Source of the DNA: a virus
Taxonomy: Duplodnaviria > Heunggongvirae > Uroviricota > Caudoviricetes
Direction: 5' to 3' (one strand)
Length of the DNA: 51,466 bases
IMG/VR virus record: IMGVR_UViG_2703718856_000005
This document shows positions 13,395-27,889 of this stretch, one piece after another. The notes beneath the pieces are model-generated. The model was not told the DNA's origin and ran no database searches. It was given only the letters and a program-made list of their open reading frames with translations. The position numbers were made by a program, and so were the translations under genes. Numbering within the stretch: position 1 is the first letter of the stretch; each line of letters begins with the position of its first letter.

Positions 13395-15952
13395 CGTCCA
13401 CCTCCGGAGAACAGGCCACCATCACGCATCTGTGTCTGAATTTCATCACGGGCACCCTTGCGGGCCATGTCATACACCGCCTTCAGAGCAGCCGGACCTA
13501 TCTGCCCGTTCGTGCCGTCGTTGTTAATCACCACATGGTTATTCTGCTCAAACGTCCCGGACGCCTGCGACCGGCTGTCTGCCATGCTGCCCGGTGTACC
13601 GACATAACCGCCGGTGGCATAGCCGCGCATCAGCCGGTAAAGATTCCCCACGCCAATCCGGCTGGTTGCCTCCTTCGTGAAGACAAACTCACCACGGTGA
13701 ACAATCCCCGCTGGCTCATATTTGCCGCCGGTTCCCGTAAATCCTCCGGTTGCAAAATGGAATTTCGCCGCAGCGGCCTGAATGGCTGTACCGCCTGACG
13801 CGGATGCGCCGCCACCAACAGCCCCGCCAATGGCGCTGCCGATACTCCCGACAATCCCCACCATTGCCTGCTTAAGCAGAATTTCTGTCATCATGGACAG
13901 CACGGAACGGGTGAAGCTGCGCCAGTTCTGCTCACTGCCGGTCAGCATCGCCGCCATATTCTGTGCAATACCATCAAAGGTCTGCGTGGCTGCACTTTTT
14001 ACCTGCGACATACTGTCCGTGGCGCTCTCTTCCCACTCACTCCAGCCGGACTTCAGGCCTGCCATCCAGTTCCCGCGAAGCTGGTCTTCAGCCGCCCAGG
14101 TCTTTTTCTGCTCTGACATGACGTTATTCAGCGCCAGCGGATTATCGCCATACTGTTCCTTCAGGCGCTGTTCCGTGGCTTCCCGTTCTGCCTGCCGGTC
14201 AGTCAGCCCCCGGCTTTTCGCATCAATGGCGGCCCGTTTTGCCCGTTGCTGCTGTGCGAATTTATCCGCCTGCTGCGCCAGCGCGTTCAGGCGCTCCTGA
14301 TACGTAACCTTGTCGCCAAGTGCAGCCAGCTGGCGTTTGTACTCCAGCGTCTCATCTTTATGCGCCAGCAGGGATTTCTCCTGTGCAGACAGCTGGCGAC
14401 GTTGCGCCGCCTCCTCCAGTACCGCGAACTGACTCTCCGCCTTCCACAAATCCCGGCGCTGCTGGCTGATTTTCTCATTTGCTCCGGCATGCTTCTCCAG
14501 CGTCCGGAGTTCTGCCTGAAGCGTCAGCAGGGCAGCATGAGCACTGTCTTCCTGACGATCGCCCGCAGACACCTTCACGCCGGACTGTTTCGGCTTTTTC
14601 AGCGTCGCTTCATAATCCTTTTTCGCCGCCGCCATCAGCGTGTTGTAATCCGCCTGCAGGATTTTCCCGTCTTTCAGTGCCTTGTTCAGTTCTTCCTGAC
14701 GGGCGGTATATTTCTCCAGCGGCGTCTGCAGCCGTTCGTAAGCCTTCTGCGCCTCTTCGGTATATTTCAGCCGTGACGCTTCGGTATCGCTCTGCTGCTG
14801 CGCATTTTTGTCCTGTTGAGTCTGCTGCTCAGCCTTCTTTCGGGCGGCTTCAAGCGCAAGACGGGCCTTTTCACGATCATCCCAGTAACGCGCCCGCGCT
14901 TCATCGTTAACAAAATAATCATCCTTGCGCAGATTCCAGATGTCGTCTGCTTTCTTAAACGCAGCCTCTGCCTTAATCAGCATCTCCTGCGCGGTATCAG
15001 GACGACCAATATCCAGCACCGCATCCCACATGGATTTGAATGCCCGTGCTGTCCTGTCTGCCCAGGTCTCCAGCGTGCCCATGTTCTCTTTCAGGCGGCG
15101 GGTCTGGTCATCAAACCCTTTCGTTGCGGCCTCGTTCGCCGCCTGCAATGCCCCGGCTTCATCGCCGGAACGCTGCAACTGAGCAACATACGCAATCTGC
15201 TCCGCCGTCACGTTATGGAACTGGCGTGCCATCGCCGTCAGCCCCGACGTCGGGTCTGTGGTCAGCTTCCCGAAGGCTTCAGCGACCTTGTCCACCTCCA
15301 CGCCGGATGCAGAGGAGAAACGCGCCACACTCTGGCTGATGGACGCAATCTGAGCCTCACCGCTTACCCCCGCCTTAACCAGTGCGCTGAGTGACTCGCT
15401 GGTCTGGTTAAACGTCAGCCCTGCCGCCTGCCCGGCTCTGGACAGGGCCAGAATACGATCTGCCGTCAGTCCCGCCTGATTGCCGGAAAGGACCAGCGTT
15501 TTGTTGAAATCGGACAGGGTTGAGTTGCCCTGATACCAGGCATACGCCAGCGCACCGGTCGCCACCGCCAGCGAGGTGGCCCCCACCATCGGCAGGGTGA
15601 TCGCACCGGCAAGCCCCCTGAACATGGGGATCATCCCGCCGAAGGAGTCCTTAACCTGACCACCCTGTTGCAGCAGGATCAGCCACGGACTTTGCCCGCC
15701 TGCAAGCTGCGTGGCCACGTCGGTGAACTGTGCAGGCAGCATACGCATGGCGGCTTTATACTGCCCGACGGAAATCCCCGCTTTCTGTGCAGCCAGCGCC
15801 TGTCGGCTCAGCGACTGTTCAACGACTGCCGCTGTTTTTTTCGCATCAGTTTCCGTACCGGAAAAATGACGCCTGACTCTGGCCATCTGCTCGTCAAATC
15901 TGGCCGCATCCAGACTTAAATCAACGACCAGATCGCCTACCGGTTCAGCCAT
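13391..15952 (-). CDS. H: tail tape measure protein H
   Basis: 853 aa, lambda H length; coiled-coil-rich middle and Gly-rich C-terminus. Confidence 0.95.
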   Translation of the reverse strand: MAEPVGDLVVDLSLDAARFDEQMARVRRHFSGTETDAKKTAAVVEQSLSRQALAAQKAGISVGQYKAAMRMLPAQFTDVATQLAGGQSPWLILLQQGGQVKDSFGGMIPMFRGLAGAITLPMVGATSLAVATGALAYAWYQGNSTLSDFNKTLVLSGNQAGLTADRILALSRAGQAAGLTFNQTSESLSALVKAGVSGEAQIASISQSVARFSSASGVEVDKVAEAFGKLTTDPTSGLTAMARQFHNVTAEQIAYVAQLQRSGDEAGALQAANEAATKGFDDQTRRLKENMGTLETWADRTARAFKSMWDAVLDIGRPDTAQEMLIKAEAAFKKADDIWNLRKDDYFVNDEARARYWDDREKARLALEAARKKAEQQTQQDKNAQQQSDTEASRLKYTEEAQKAYERLQTPLEKYTARQEELNKALKDGKILQADYNTLMAAAKKDYEATLKKPKQSGVKVSAGDRQEDSAHAALLTLQAELRTLEKHAGANEKISQQRRDLWKAESQFAVLEEAAQRRQLSAQEKSLLAHKDETLEYKRQLAALGDKVTYQERLNALAQQADKFAQQQRAKRAAIDAKSRGLTDRQAEREATEQRLKEQYGDNPLALNNVMSEQKKTWAAEDQLRGNWMAGLKSGWSEWEESATDSMSQVKSAATQTFDGIAQNMAAMLTGSEQNWRSFTRSVLSMMTEILLKQAMVGIVGSIGSAIGGAVGGGASASGGTAIQAAAAKFHFATGGFTGTGGKYEPAGIVHRGEFVFTKEATSRIGVGNLYRLMRGYATGGYVGTPGSMADSRSQASGTFEQNNHVVINNDGTNGQIGPAALKAVYDMARKGARDEIQTQMRDGGLFSGGGR

Positions 15953-16783
15953 ACCGGACTCCTCCTGCGATCCCTTCTGATACTGTCATCAGCATTACGT
16001 CATCCTCCGTCATGTCCGCCACATCCGGGGAAGCGGGGATAACTTCATTCCCGTCCGGGCCAAAACGAACGCCTCCGGCAAGCCCTGCCGCTTTCTGCAT
16101 CAGCACATCATCTTCAGGCTCTTCGTCAGCCTCGCGCCGGTTCAGCAGACTGAAATCCAGCGGATGCATATCCGGATCGCTGAAAAACAGGCTGAGCACG
16201 GTGTACGTCAGCCCGGAAAAGTGCATATCCAGCAGAACATCATGAAAATAATGGGTACTGTAAAAGCGGTGCCAGTCGGCATACTCCGTGGATGACATCC
16301 CGGCAAGCATGGCACGCCAGTCGGGTCGCCCCATCTCGCGCGCCAGTTTCAGGGCAAAACTCAGCTCACCGTCGAACACTTTCCCGCAGAAACAGGCTCT
16401 GCAGGCCCGGCGTCCTCTGCCTGTTCAGGGGCATCATTCACCACAAACTCATACATACCAGACAGCCGGTACACCACGTTTTCAGCATGAGAAATTGCCT
16501 CCGTGGGCCAGGTGGTAAGCACTTCCTGCTCAATCTGTTTAACGGCTTCATTCATGGACGGCATCTGCGTCTTCTGCGGATGGTTATGCCACAGGGACAT
16601 CGCCACCAGAAACGCGCCGGTTCTGATGGCGTCTTCCACAGTAAACTTCCGGTTGCTGTCTGACTCCGCCTGTTCTGCCTGCCGTTTCATCAGGGCGAGA
16701 TGCTCAATGCGCTGCAGGGCTGACAGTTCAGAAAGCGTGACGGTCACACCGTTATGTTCAAATGATTCGGTTTTCAGGAACAT
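15945..16783 (-). CDS. G-T: tail assembly chaperone fusion G-T produced by programmed -1 ribosomal frameshift
   Basis: T-frame ORF (15945..16379) is -1 relative to G; slippery heptamer GGGAAAG lies at 16379..16385 in the G zero frame. Confidence 0.75.
16361..16783 (-). CDS. G: tail assembly chaperone G
   Basis: 140 aa, lambda G length; directly upstream of the T frame. Confidence 0.9.
   Translation of the reverse strand: MFLKTESFEHNGVTVTLSELSALQRIEHLALMKRQAEQAESDSNRKFTVEDAIRTGAFLVAMSLWHNHPQKTQMPSMNEAVKQIEQEVLTTWPTEAISHAENVVYRLSGMYEFVVNDAPEQAEDAGPAEPVSAGKCSTVS
16379..16385 (-). other. slippery sequence G GGA AAG for the G to G-T -1 frameshift
   Basis: Plus strand reads CTTTCCC at 16379..16385; minus-strand codon phasing worked out by hand matches the X XXY YYZ pattern in the G frame. 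Confidence 0.8.
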
Positions 16784-16798
16784 CGCTGACTCTCCGGA

Positions 16799-17539
16799 TT
16801 AACTGGCGGTGACGGTAATTTCTGCAACCGCAGCAAACTCACCATTACCGGATACAACCGGAATGTTGACCTTGCCTGCAGCAACGCCGTTCACGGTGAT
16901 GGTCATACCACTGACCGACACGGTGGCTTTTGTTTTATCCGCAGACACCGCACGAAAGCTCTTGTCGGTTACGCCCTCCGGCTGGAAGGCCACGGTCAGC
17001 GTGGTGCTCTGCCCTTTCACCACCGAGGTGCTGGCAGGCGTCACGGTCATGCCGGTTGCCGCTGTTACCGTGCTGCGATCTTCTGCCATCGACGGACGTC
17101 CCACATTGGTGACTTTCACCGTGCGGGTGATCACTTCCTTCGCCGTCACCGCCTTACCGATACTGCTGACCCAGCCACGGAACACATCGACCGTGCCGTT
17201 CGGGAAGCGGATTTTATAGGCACGGGTATCGCCTTCATTAAACCACGCCAGCAGCGCCTGCTGCCCCTGCTCTCCGGGCATCCACGCCAGCGTGAAGCTG
17301 GTATCTCCGGCAGATTTCTGCCCCTGCCCGGTCGCAGTCCAGTCTGCATCTTCATCATCGAGATAGCTGTCGTCATAGGACTCAGCGGTCAGTTCGCCGG
17401 GCGTCAGGTCTTTAACTTTTGCCAGACGCGACCAGTCAACGTCTGAAAGCGGATTCGCATAAGGGTCACCGCTCCCCTTATAAACCCACAGGGTGGTCCC
17501 GGCACCTTTCACCGGCATTGTAGGATTTGGTACAGGCAT
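16799..17539 (-). CDS. V: major tail protein V (246 aa from internal start; track ORF extends to 17569)
   Basis: Begins [22 protein letters not shown] as in lambda V; C-terminal Ig-like domain. Confidence 0.9.
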
Positions 17540-17546
17540 AGCGTCC

Positions 17547-17942
17547 TCACATTTCATAGGTAATGACATAAGTCAGATCGGCTGAACTCCACAGGCCCGC
17601 ATCATCGTCGCGCCGGTAGTCATAGCCGCTGGCCACCATACTGGTGATCAAATCTGACAGTGCCGGGATATCGCTCATCACCGGATAAATCCGGGACTCC
17701 ATCCACGCATCCAGCTCTGAATCCGGCACCTGAGCAGGCAGGAAAACTTCGATATGCAGCTCCGCCTGCCAGGTATCGCTGTCCAGCTCTTCGCCCGTGT
17801 ATTCAGCGCCGGTGAGATAAACGGCAACTGCCGGAAAATCCGCCTCATCAAAAACAGCGGGGCGACCATCAAAAAACGTCGCCCCGGTGTCATGCTTCTC
17901 CAGTGCATCCAGTACGGCTGCACGGAGTTCAGTATGTTTCAT
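17547..17942 (-). CDS. U: tail terminator protein U
   Basis: 131 aa, lambda U length and position. Confidence 0.9.
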
Positions 17943-18517
17943 CGCTTTATTACCATCCTCAGTTGATGCTGCAGCGCATAGCCCAGCTCTTTCGGAAGAC
18001 GTTCACGCCGTATCCGCTCAATATTTTGTTTAAACGCCGTGGTCAGCGGCACCGCCATCGGGATTTTCACCACATCAATGGGGTAACGGTTTTTCCCGGC
18101 CACACGCTGCATGACATGCCACCGGCCATTTTTCAGTTGCTGAATAAACGCGCCGGGAATACGACGGTTACCCACCACAAGCACGCTGCCGCCACCTTTC
18201 AGGGATGAACGCTGCCCCTTTTTACGACGCCTGCGGCGCGAAAGGACAACCCGCGCATTACCCAGCTTGATTACGGGCAAATCCCCCCGGTTAACTTTGA
18301 TTCTGGCCTGCGGATTTTTGACCGTGGCCCTTTTCAGCCTGGCCCTTTCCTTTACCAGTTTCCGGCGTACCTTTGTCTCACGGGCAACTTGTGACGCCGA
18401 CTGCGATATCGCGGATGAAGCAACGCGGTTAATGGCCATTGCGGCGGCACCAGGCACCGCCGTTTTGCTGATACGGCTGAGGTTTTCAACGGCCTGCTCA
18501 AGACCTTTTATGGCCAT
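17939..18517 (-). CDS. Z: tail completion protein Z
   Basis: 192 aa, lambda Z length; Arg/Lys-rich segment. Confidence 0.9.
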   Translation of the reverse strand: MAIKGLEQAVENLSRISKTAVPGAAAMAINRVASSAISQSASQVARETKVRRKLVKERARLKRATVKNPQARIKVNRGDLPVIKLGNARVVLSRRRRRKKGQRSSLKGGGSVLVVGNRRIPGAFIQQLKNGRWHVMQRVAGKNRYPIDVVKIPMAVPLTTAFKQNIERIRRERLPKELGYALQHQLRMVIKR

Positions 18518-18528
18518 ACATCCCCCTT

Positions 18529-18882
18529 TCAGCGGCGACGGTTAACGGCAGGCGGTACGCCCCGTCCAAGCCAGAGATGACAACTTCCGCCATCATCCGG
18601 CGAAACCCGATCTACCCAGAAATTTTCCTCACCGATGGTCAGCGTGTCTCCACGCCGCAGCTGCCGCACCTCATCAGTCCGGACAAACAGGGACGGGCTG
18701 GAGCCTTCAACGCGCACGCCCTGTCCGGCATAGCTGATATTTTCAGGGTCATCAAAAACACCACGTATCACCGCACCTGACTGCTCACCGGATGTCATGG
18801 TGGCTGACGTTCCCATGTACCCGCGTATCGTTTCATCGGCGCGGGCAATGGCAGCATCGAACAGGTTATCGAAATCAGCCAC
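18529..18882 (-). CDS. FII: head-tail joining protein FII
   Basis: 117 aa, lambda FII length and position. Confidence 0.9.
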   Translation of the reverse strand: MADFDNLFDAAIARADETIRGYMGTSATMTSGEQSGAVIRGVFDDPENISYAGQGVRVEGSSPSLFVRTDEVRQLRRGDTLTIGEENFWVDRVSPDDGGSCHLWLGRGVPPAVNRRR

Positions 18883-18893
18883 AGCGCCTCCCG

Positions 18894-19292
18894 TTATTGC
18901 ATTCTGGCCAGGCCGCGCTCTGTCATTTCGGCTGCCACACCGGCAGAGACACGAAACGCCGTTCCCGGCAGCACAAATGCCACAGGTTCATCCCGCGTGG
19001 CGTGAAGTGCATCAGTATGCAGCTTCACCAGTGCCACGACCGTGACCAGTTCAGACGTATCCAGAATCACGGTATCCGGCTGCGCTGATCCCACCTCATT
19101 TTCATGTCCGGTCAGCACATTTTCCCGGCTGAGAGGGGTGTCCTGACCGGCAGTTTCATCCGTGTCATCAAGCTCCTCTTCCAGCTCTGCCACACGGAGC
19201 GCCAGTTCTTCTTTCGTCCCCGTCAGGCTGACATCACGGTTCAGTTGTTCACCCAGCGAGCGGAGACGGGCAATCAGTTCATCTTTCGTCAT
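18894..19292 (-). CDS. FI: DNA packaging protein FI (132 aa from internal start MTKDELIARL)
   Basis: Matches lambda FI N-terminus and length from the internal methionine. Confidence 0.85.
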   Translation of the reverse strand: MTKDELIARLRSLGEQLNRDVSLTGTKEELALRVAELEEELDDTDETAGQDTPLSRENVLTGHENEVGSAQPDTVILDTSELVTVVALVKLHTDALHATRDEPVAFVLPGTAFRVSAGVAAEMTERGLARMQ

Positions 19293-19333
19293 GGACTCCT
19301 CCACAGAGAAACAATGGCCCCGAAGGGCCATGA

Positions 19334-20359
19334 TTACGCCAGTTGTACGGACACGAACGCATCAGGGTCAGCCAGCAGCATCAGCGGTGCTGACTGAATC
19401 ATGGTGAACTCACGCGCCGGATCGCCGGTGGTCACCCAGTTTTTCGGGTAACGGGCAGAGGCGTTAATGCCTTCGCGCTGTGCGTCCGCATCCTGAATGC
19501 AGCCATAGGTGCGCAGACCGCGTGCCTGAGTGTTCCCCAGCACCATCGTGTTGTCCGGCAGGAAGTTCTTTTTGACGCCGTTTTCCACGTACTGTCCGGA
19601 ATACACGACGATGGCCACATCGCCATACATCCCCTTATAGGACACCGCTTTGCCCAGGTCTTTCACCGCTGTCTCCAGCTCGGAATTAGAGCCACGACGG
19701 GTATCCAGCTTCTCCTTGACGGCTTTGAAGGAACGGAACAGCGCCCAGCCTTTCGGATCGAACACGATGATATTCACCACACCGCTGGCGTTCAGCGCGT
19801 AGGCTTCGATATCGTCGGTCGGGTCATACGTGGACTTGTCACGCTTGCTCCACTCCGTGCCGCCGGACTGCGTGATGTTATTCTCCTCACTGCGGCCCAT
19901 ATCCACCTCAACCGGATCGAAGGCTTCACCGGTCATGGTGTATTTGCCCTTAAGCACGGCAGAAACTGCCTGCATCTCTTCGACCTGAGCAATGGCCAGC
20001 TCTTCGTCACGCATGTTCTGCATGATGATGCGACGGCGGCGGTAAGCCGGGTCCGCCAGATTCTGCGGATCTTCATCCGGCAGGCGACGCAGGGTCATCT
20101 GCGGATTCACTTCATGCTTCGGCTTGACATATCCCGGCGTAAATTCAGAGGTGGAGCCGCCACGGGAACGGATAACCTCACCGGAAACAATCGGCGAAAC
20201 GTACAGCGCCATGTTTACCAGTCCCGGAATTTGTGAGAGATAGACTTTCTCCGTGGTGAAGGGATAGCTCTCACGGAAAAAGAGACACAGAAACAGCGGA
20301 TCAAACTTAAATTTCTGCTCATTTGCCGCCAGCAGTTGGGCGGTTGTGTACATCGACAT
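19334..20359 (-). CDS. E: major capsid protein E (341 aa from internal start MSMYTTAQLL)
   Basis: Near-identical to lambda E as recalled; track ORF starts 9 codons upstream. Confidence 0.95.
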   Translation of the reverse strand: MSMYTTAQLLAANEQKFKFDPLFLCLFFRESYPFTTEKVYLSQIPGLVNMALYVSPIVSGEVIRSRGGSTSEFTPGYVKPKHEVNPQMTLRRLPDEDPQNLADPAYRRRRIIMQNMRDEELAIAQVEEMQAVSAVLKGKYTMTGEAFDPVEVDMGRSEENNITQSGGTEWSKRDKSTYDPTDDIEAYALNASGVVNIIVFDPKGWALFRSFKAVKEKLDTRRGSNSELETAVKDLGKAVSYKGMYGDVAIVVYSGQYVENGVKKNFLPDNTMVLGNTQARGLRTYGCIQDADAQREGINASARYPKNWVTTGDPAREFTMIQSAPLMLLADPDAFVSVQLA

Positions 20360-20414
20360 AAAAAAATCCCGTAAAAAAAGCCGCACAGGCGGCCTTTAGT
20401 GATGAAGGGTAAAG

Positions 20415-20747
20415 TTAAACGATGCTGATTGCCGTTCCGGCAAACGCGGTCCGTTTTTTCGTCTCGTCGCTGGCAGCCTCCGGCCAGAGCACATCCTCAT
20501 AACGGAACGTGCCGGACTTGTAGAACGTCAGCGTGGTGCTGGTCTGGTCAGCAGCAACCGCAAGAATGCCAACGGCAGCACCGTCGGTGGTGCCATCCCA
20601 CGCAACCAGCTTACGGCTGGAGGTGTCCAGCATCAGCGGGGTCATTGCAGGCGCTTTCGCACTCAATCCGCCGGGCGCGGTTGCGGTATAAGCCGGGTCA
20701 CTGTTGCCCAGCGGCTGGTAATGGGTAAAGGTTTCTTTGCTCGTCAT
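20415..20747 (-). CDS. D: head decoration protein D (110 aa)
   Basis: [19 protein letters not shown] matches lambda D. Confidence 0.9.
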   Translation of the reverse strand: MTSKETFTHYQPLGNSDPAYTATAPGGLSAKAPAMTPLMLDTSSRKLVAWDGTTDGAAVGILAVAADQTSTTLTFYKSGTFRYEDVLWPEAASDETKKRTAFAGTAISIV

Positions 20748-20756
20748 AAACATCCC

Positions 20757-21152
20757 TTACACTGGTGTGTTCAGCAAATCGTTAACGGCATCAGATGCCG
20801 GGTTACCTGCAGCCAGCGGTGCCGGTGCCCCCTGCATCAGACGATCCAGCGCAGTGTCACTGCGCGCCTGTGCACTCTGTGGTGCTGCGGCCAGAATGCG
20901 GCGGGCCGTTTCCACGGTCATACCGGGGGTTTCTGCCAGCACGCGTGCCTGTTCTTCGCGTCCGTGAGCCTCCTCACAGTTGAGGATCCCCATAATGCGG
21001 CTGTTTTCTGCCGCAACCGCTGCGGTGATCTGCGCGTTCACGTCCGGCTGCGCCGCGCTGGCGTTTTCGCCCTCCGTCGCTGGCACCACGTCAGTAACGT
21101 CAGCCTGCGAAGCAGTGGCTGAAACAGTTGTTGATTGAGTCTCTTTGGTCAT
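20757..21152 (-). CDS. Nu3: scaffolding protein Nu3, in-frame internal start within C (131 aa)
   Basis: Internal ATG at 21150..21152 gives MTKETQSTTVSATASQ, as in the lambda C/Nu3 nested pair. Confidence 0.75.
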   Translation of the reverse strand: MTKETQSTTVSATASQADVTDVVPATEGENASAAQPDVNAQITAAVAAENSRIMGILNCEEAHGREEQARVLAETPGMTVETARRILAAAPQSAQARSDTALDRLMQGAPAPLAAGNPASDAVNDLLNTPV

Positions 21153-22056
21153 TCGCCCTCCTGAGAGACGGGATTTACGTGCATCCAGTGCATCACGCAT
21201 GACGGTGATCGCATCGGTGCTGTTAACAAGTTCATCAGCCAGTCCGGCATCAATGGCCTCCTGACCGCTGTACACTGCAGCCTCGGTATCCAGCACAGCC
21301 TGCACGGACAGGCCGGTATATGCCGACACCTTCTGCGCAAACATCTGGCGGGTTGCGTCCATCCGGGACTGCAGTGTCTCCCGGACGTCATCCGGAAGAT
21401 GGCTGTAGGGGTTGCCATCCACCTTATGGCTGCCGCTGTAAATCAGAGTGATTTCCACACCCTGTTTCTCCAGCGCAGCACCGTAATTACTGTGAGCCAT
21501 CATGACGCCGATGGAGCCTGTCCGGGCGGTCTGCGTGACCAGACGCCGGGAGGCGGCACTGGCAAGCAGCTGACCTGCACTGCAGTTCATGTCGTTGGCC
21601 AGCGCCCATACCGGTTTTATGTCACGCACACGGGCGATGATGTCAGCGCAGTCAAATGCCCCCGCCACCATCCCGCCGGGCGTGTCCATATCGAGCAGAA
21701 TGCCGTCCACCATCGGATCGCTGGCAGCCTGTTGCAGACGGGCGATAATGCCGTTGTAACCGGTCATCCCCGAATACGGCTGCAGCGCCCGCGTCCGGCT
21801 GACCAGCGTGCCGGACACCGGCAGCACGGCGATGCCGTTCATGACCTGATAACTGCGGGCCTGTCGTGGTCCGTCATCATCAACGGATAACGCCAGCGCC
21901 GCGGGTGCCTCTCCGGCAGTCAGGCTGTCGCCGGACACCGCATCCGTCAGGCGGCTGATCCCAAGCTGGCCTGCAAGCGCACAAAAGAAAACCCGCGCAT
22001 AGGCGGGTTCAAGCATCAGCGGCTCATTAAAAGCCATGCTGGCAATATGCGGGAGA

Positions 22057-22076
<20 letters not shown>
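20757..22076 (-). CDS. C: prohead protease/scaffold protein C (439 aa, GTG start)
   Basis: Begins VTAELRNLPHIASMAFNEPLMLEP as lambda C; GTG codon verified at 22074..22076 on the minus strand. Confidence 0.85.
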
Positions 22077-25757
<3,681 letters not shown>

Positions 25758-25783
<26 letters not shown>

Positions 25784-26303
25784 TCAGCAACCCCGGTATC
25801 AGTTCATCCAGCGCGGCTGCTTTGTTCATGGCTTTGATGATATCCCGTTTCAGGAAATCAACATGTCGGTTTTCCAGTTCCGGAAAACGCCGCTGCACCG
25901 ACAGGGGGATCCCGTCGAGAATACTGGCAATTTCACCTGCGATCCGCGACAGCACGAAAGTACAGAATGCGGTTTCCACCACTTCAGCGGAGTCTCTGGC
26001 ATTTTTCAGCTCCTGTGCGTCGGCCTGCGCACGCGTAAGTCGATGGCGTTCGTACTCAATAGTCCCTGGCTGGAGATCTGTCTCGCTGGCCTGCCGCAGT
26101 TCTTCAACTTCCCGGCGCAGCTTTTCGTTCTCAATTTCAGCATCCCTTTCGGCATACCATCTTATAACGGCGGCAGAGTCATAAAGCACCTCATTACCCT
26201 TGCCACCGCCTCGCAGAACGGGCATTCCCTGTTCCTGCCAGTTCTGAATGGTACGGATACTCGCACCGAAAATGTCAGCCAGCTGCTTTTTGTTGACTTC
26301 CAT
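25758..26303 (-). CDS. Nu1: terminase small subunit Nu1
   Basis: 181 aa; MEVNKKQLADIFGASIRTIQNWQEQGMPV winged-helix N-terminus as in lambda Nu1. Confidence 0.95.
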
Positions 26304-26520
26304 TGTTCATTCCACGGCCAAAAACAGAGAAAGGAAACGACAGAGGCCCAAAAGCTCGTTTTCAGCACCTGTCGTTTCCTTTCTTTTCAGGGGGTATTTT
26401 AAATAAAAACATTAAGTTACGACGAAGAAGAACGGAAATGCCTTAAACCGGAAAATTTTCATAAATAGCGAAAACCCGCGAGGTCGCCGCCCCGTAACCT
26501 GTCGGATCACCGGAAAGGAC
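26304..26520. other. cos: cos region: cosB, the 12 nt cohesive-end sequence cosN (26481..26492), and the expected cosQ side
   Basis: aggtcgccgccc at 26481..26492 is the reverse complement of lambda GGGCGGCGACCT; flanking sequence resembles both lambda genome ends. Confidence 0.85.
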
Positions 26521-26691
26521 CCGTAAAGTGATAATGATTATCATCTACATATCACAACGTGCGTGGAGGCCATCAAACCACGTCAAATAATCAATTATGA
26601 CGCAGGTATCGTATTAATTGATCTGCATCAACTTAACGTAAAAACAACTTCAGACAATACAAATCAGCGACACTGAATACGGGGCAACCTC

Positions 26692-26925
26692 ATGTCAACG
26701 AAGAACAGAACCCGCAGAACAACAACCCGCAACATCCGCTTTCCTAACCAAATGATTGAACAAATTAACATCGCTCTTGAGCAAAAAGGGTCCGGGAATT
26801 TCTCAGCCTGGGTCATTGAAGCCTGCCGCCGGAGACTGTGCTCAGAAAAAAGAGTTTCTTCTGAAGCAAACAAAGAAAAGAGTGACATTACTGAATTGCT
26901 CAGAAAACAGGTCAGACCAGATTGA
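26692..26925 (+). CDS. small basic protein, possible ribbon-helix-helix fold (YnfO-like by position)
   Basis: 77 aa ORF between cos and the ydfO-like gene. Confidence 0.45.
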   Translation: MSTKNRTRRTTTRNIRFPNQMIEQINIALEQKGSGNFSAWVIEACRRRLCSEKRVSSEANKEKSDITELLRKQVRPD

Positions 26926-26982
26926 AGCAATTTAGATAATCGTGCAGACTACGCCCCCTCATATCACATGGAAGGTTTATCT

Positions 26983-27393
26983 ATGGATCAGGTAGTCATT
27001 TTTAAACAAATATTTGATAAAGTTCGAAACGATTTAAACTATCAATGGTTTTATTCTGAGCTAAAACGTCACAATGTCTCACATTACATTTACTATTTAG
27101 CCACAGAGAATGTTCATATTGTATTAAAAAATGATAATACAGTGTTATTAAAGGGCCTAAAAAACATTGTGTCTGTCAAATTTTCAAAGGATAGGCATCT
27201 TATAGAAACGACCTCTAATAAGCTGAAATCCAGAGAGATCACATTTCAGGAATACAGAAGAAACCTTGCTAAAGCAGGAGTTTTTCGGTGGGTTACAAAT
27301 ATCCACGAACAAAAAAGATATTACTATACCTTTGATAATTCATTACTATTTACTGAAAGCATCCAGAAAACTACACAGATCTTACCACGCTAA
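26983..27393 (+). CDS. ydfO: DUF1398-family prophage protein, YdfO-like (136 aa from internal start)
   Basis: Translation recalled as the YdfO/YbcV family; position matches Qin. Confidence 0.65.
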
Positions 27394-27544
27394 ACCATAA
27401 CGTCCGGCTTCTCTCACTCCTGAGCCGGACTGCATTGGTTTAATAAAAACCATCAACAATTGTGATTTAGATATTCGGAACCATTCAAATATAACAAAAC
27501 CCCGTAAAAACGAGGTTTATGGATAAATTTTATTATTGAATACA

Positions 27545-27718
27545 TCAGATTAAATTAATCTTGACATCATAGCTTTCAAGACCCGTCATTTTTTCCCGTG
27601 CGGTAAACTGAATACTGGTAACTTCTTTCCCGGTCTTTTTCTTAAGTTCAATAATTTTTTTTGTTATATATTCAGAAATATCTGCTTCTGCTTTTGTTTT
27701 TAAGTTTTCAATATTCAT
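27545..27718 (-). CDS. gnsB: GnsA/GnsB-family small protein (57 aa)
   Basis: Hand translation MNIENLKTKAEADISEYITKKIIELKKKTGKEVTSIQFTAREKMTGLESYDVKINLI; start and stop codons verified; below track cutoff. Confidence 0.8.
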   Translation of the reverse strand: MNIENLKTKAEADISEYITKKIIELKKKTGKEVTSIQFTAREKMTGLESYDVKINLI

Positions 27719-27889
27719 CATTTCCTCTTTTAGTCTGTTATGACTTTCCAGTTACACAGTAAGTCGATTATATGGTGCAAACGTGTAAAAGATAAGATGA
27801 AACATCGCAATAATCAACATACGATAGTCTAAATTTTACACAAACAGACAAAGAGAATTTTCCTGAATTATCAATGCAATAGCATCAAA

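Noticed and set aside
13133-15394. Several 85 to 220 aa plus-strand ORFs inside H
   Set aside because: Shadow ORFs antisense to the 853 aa tape measure gene.
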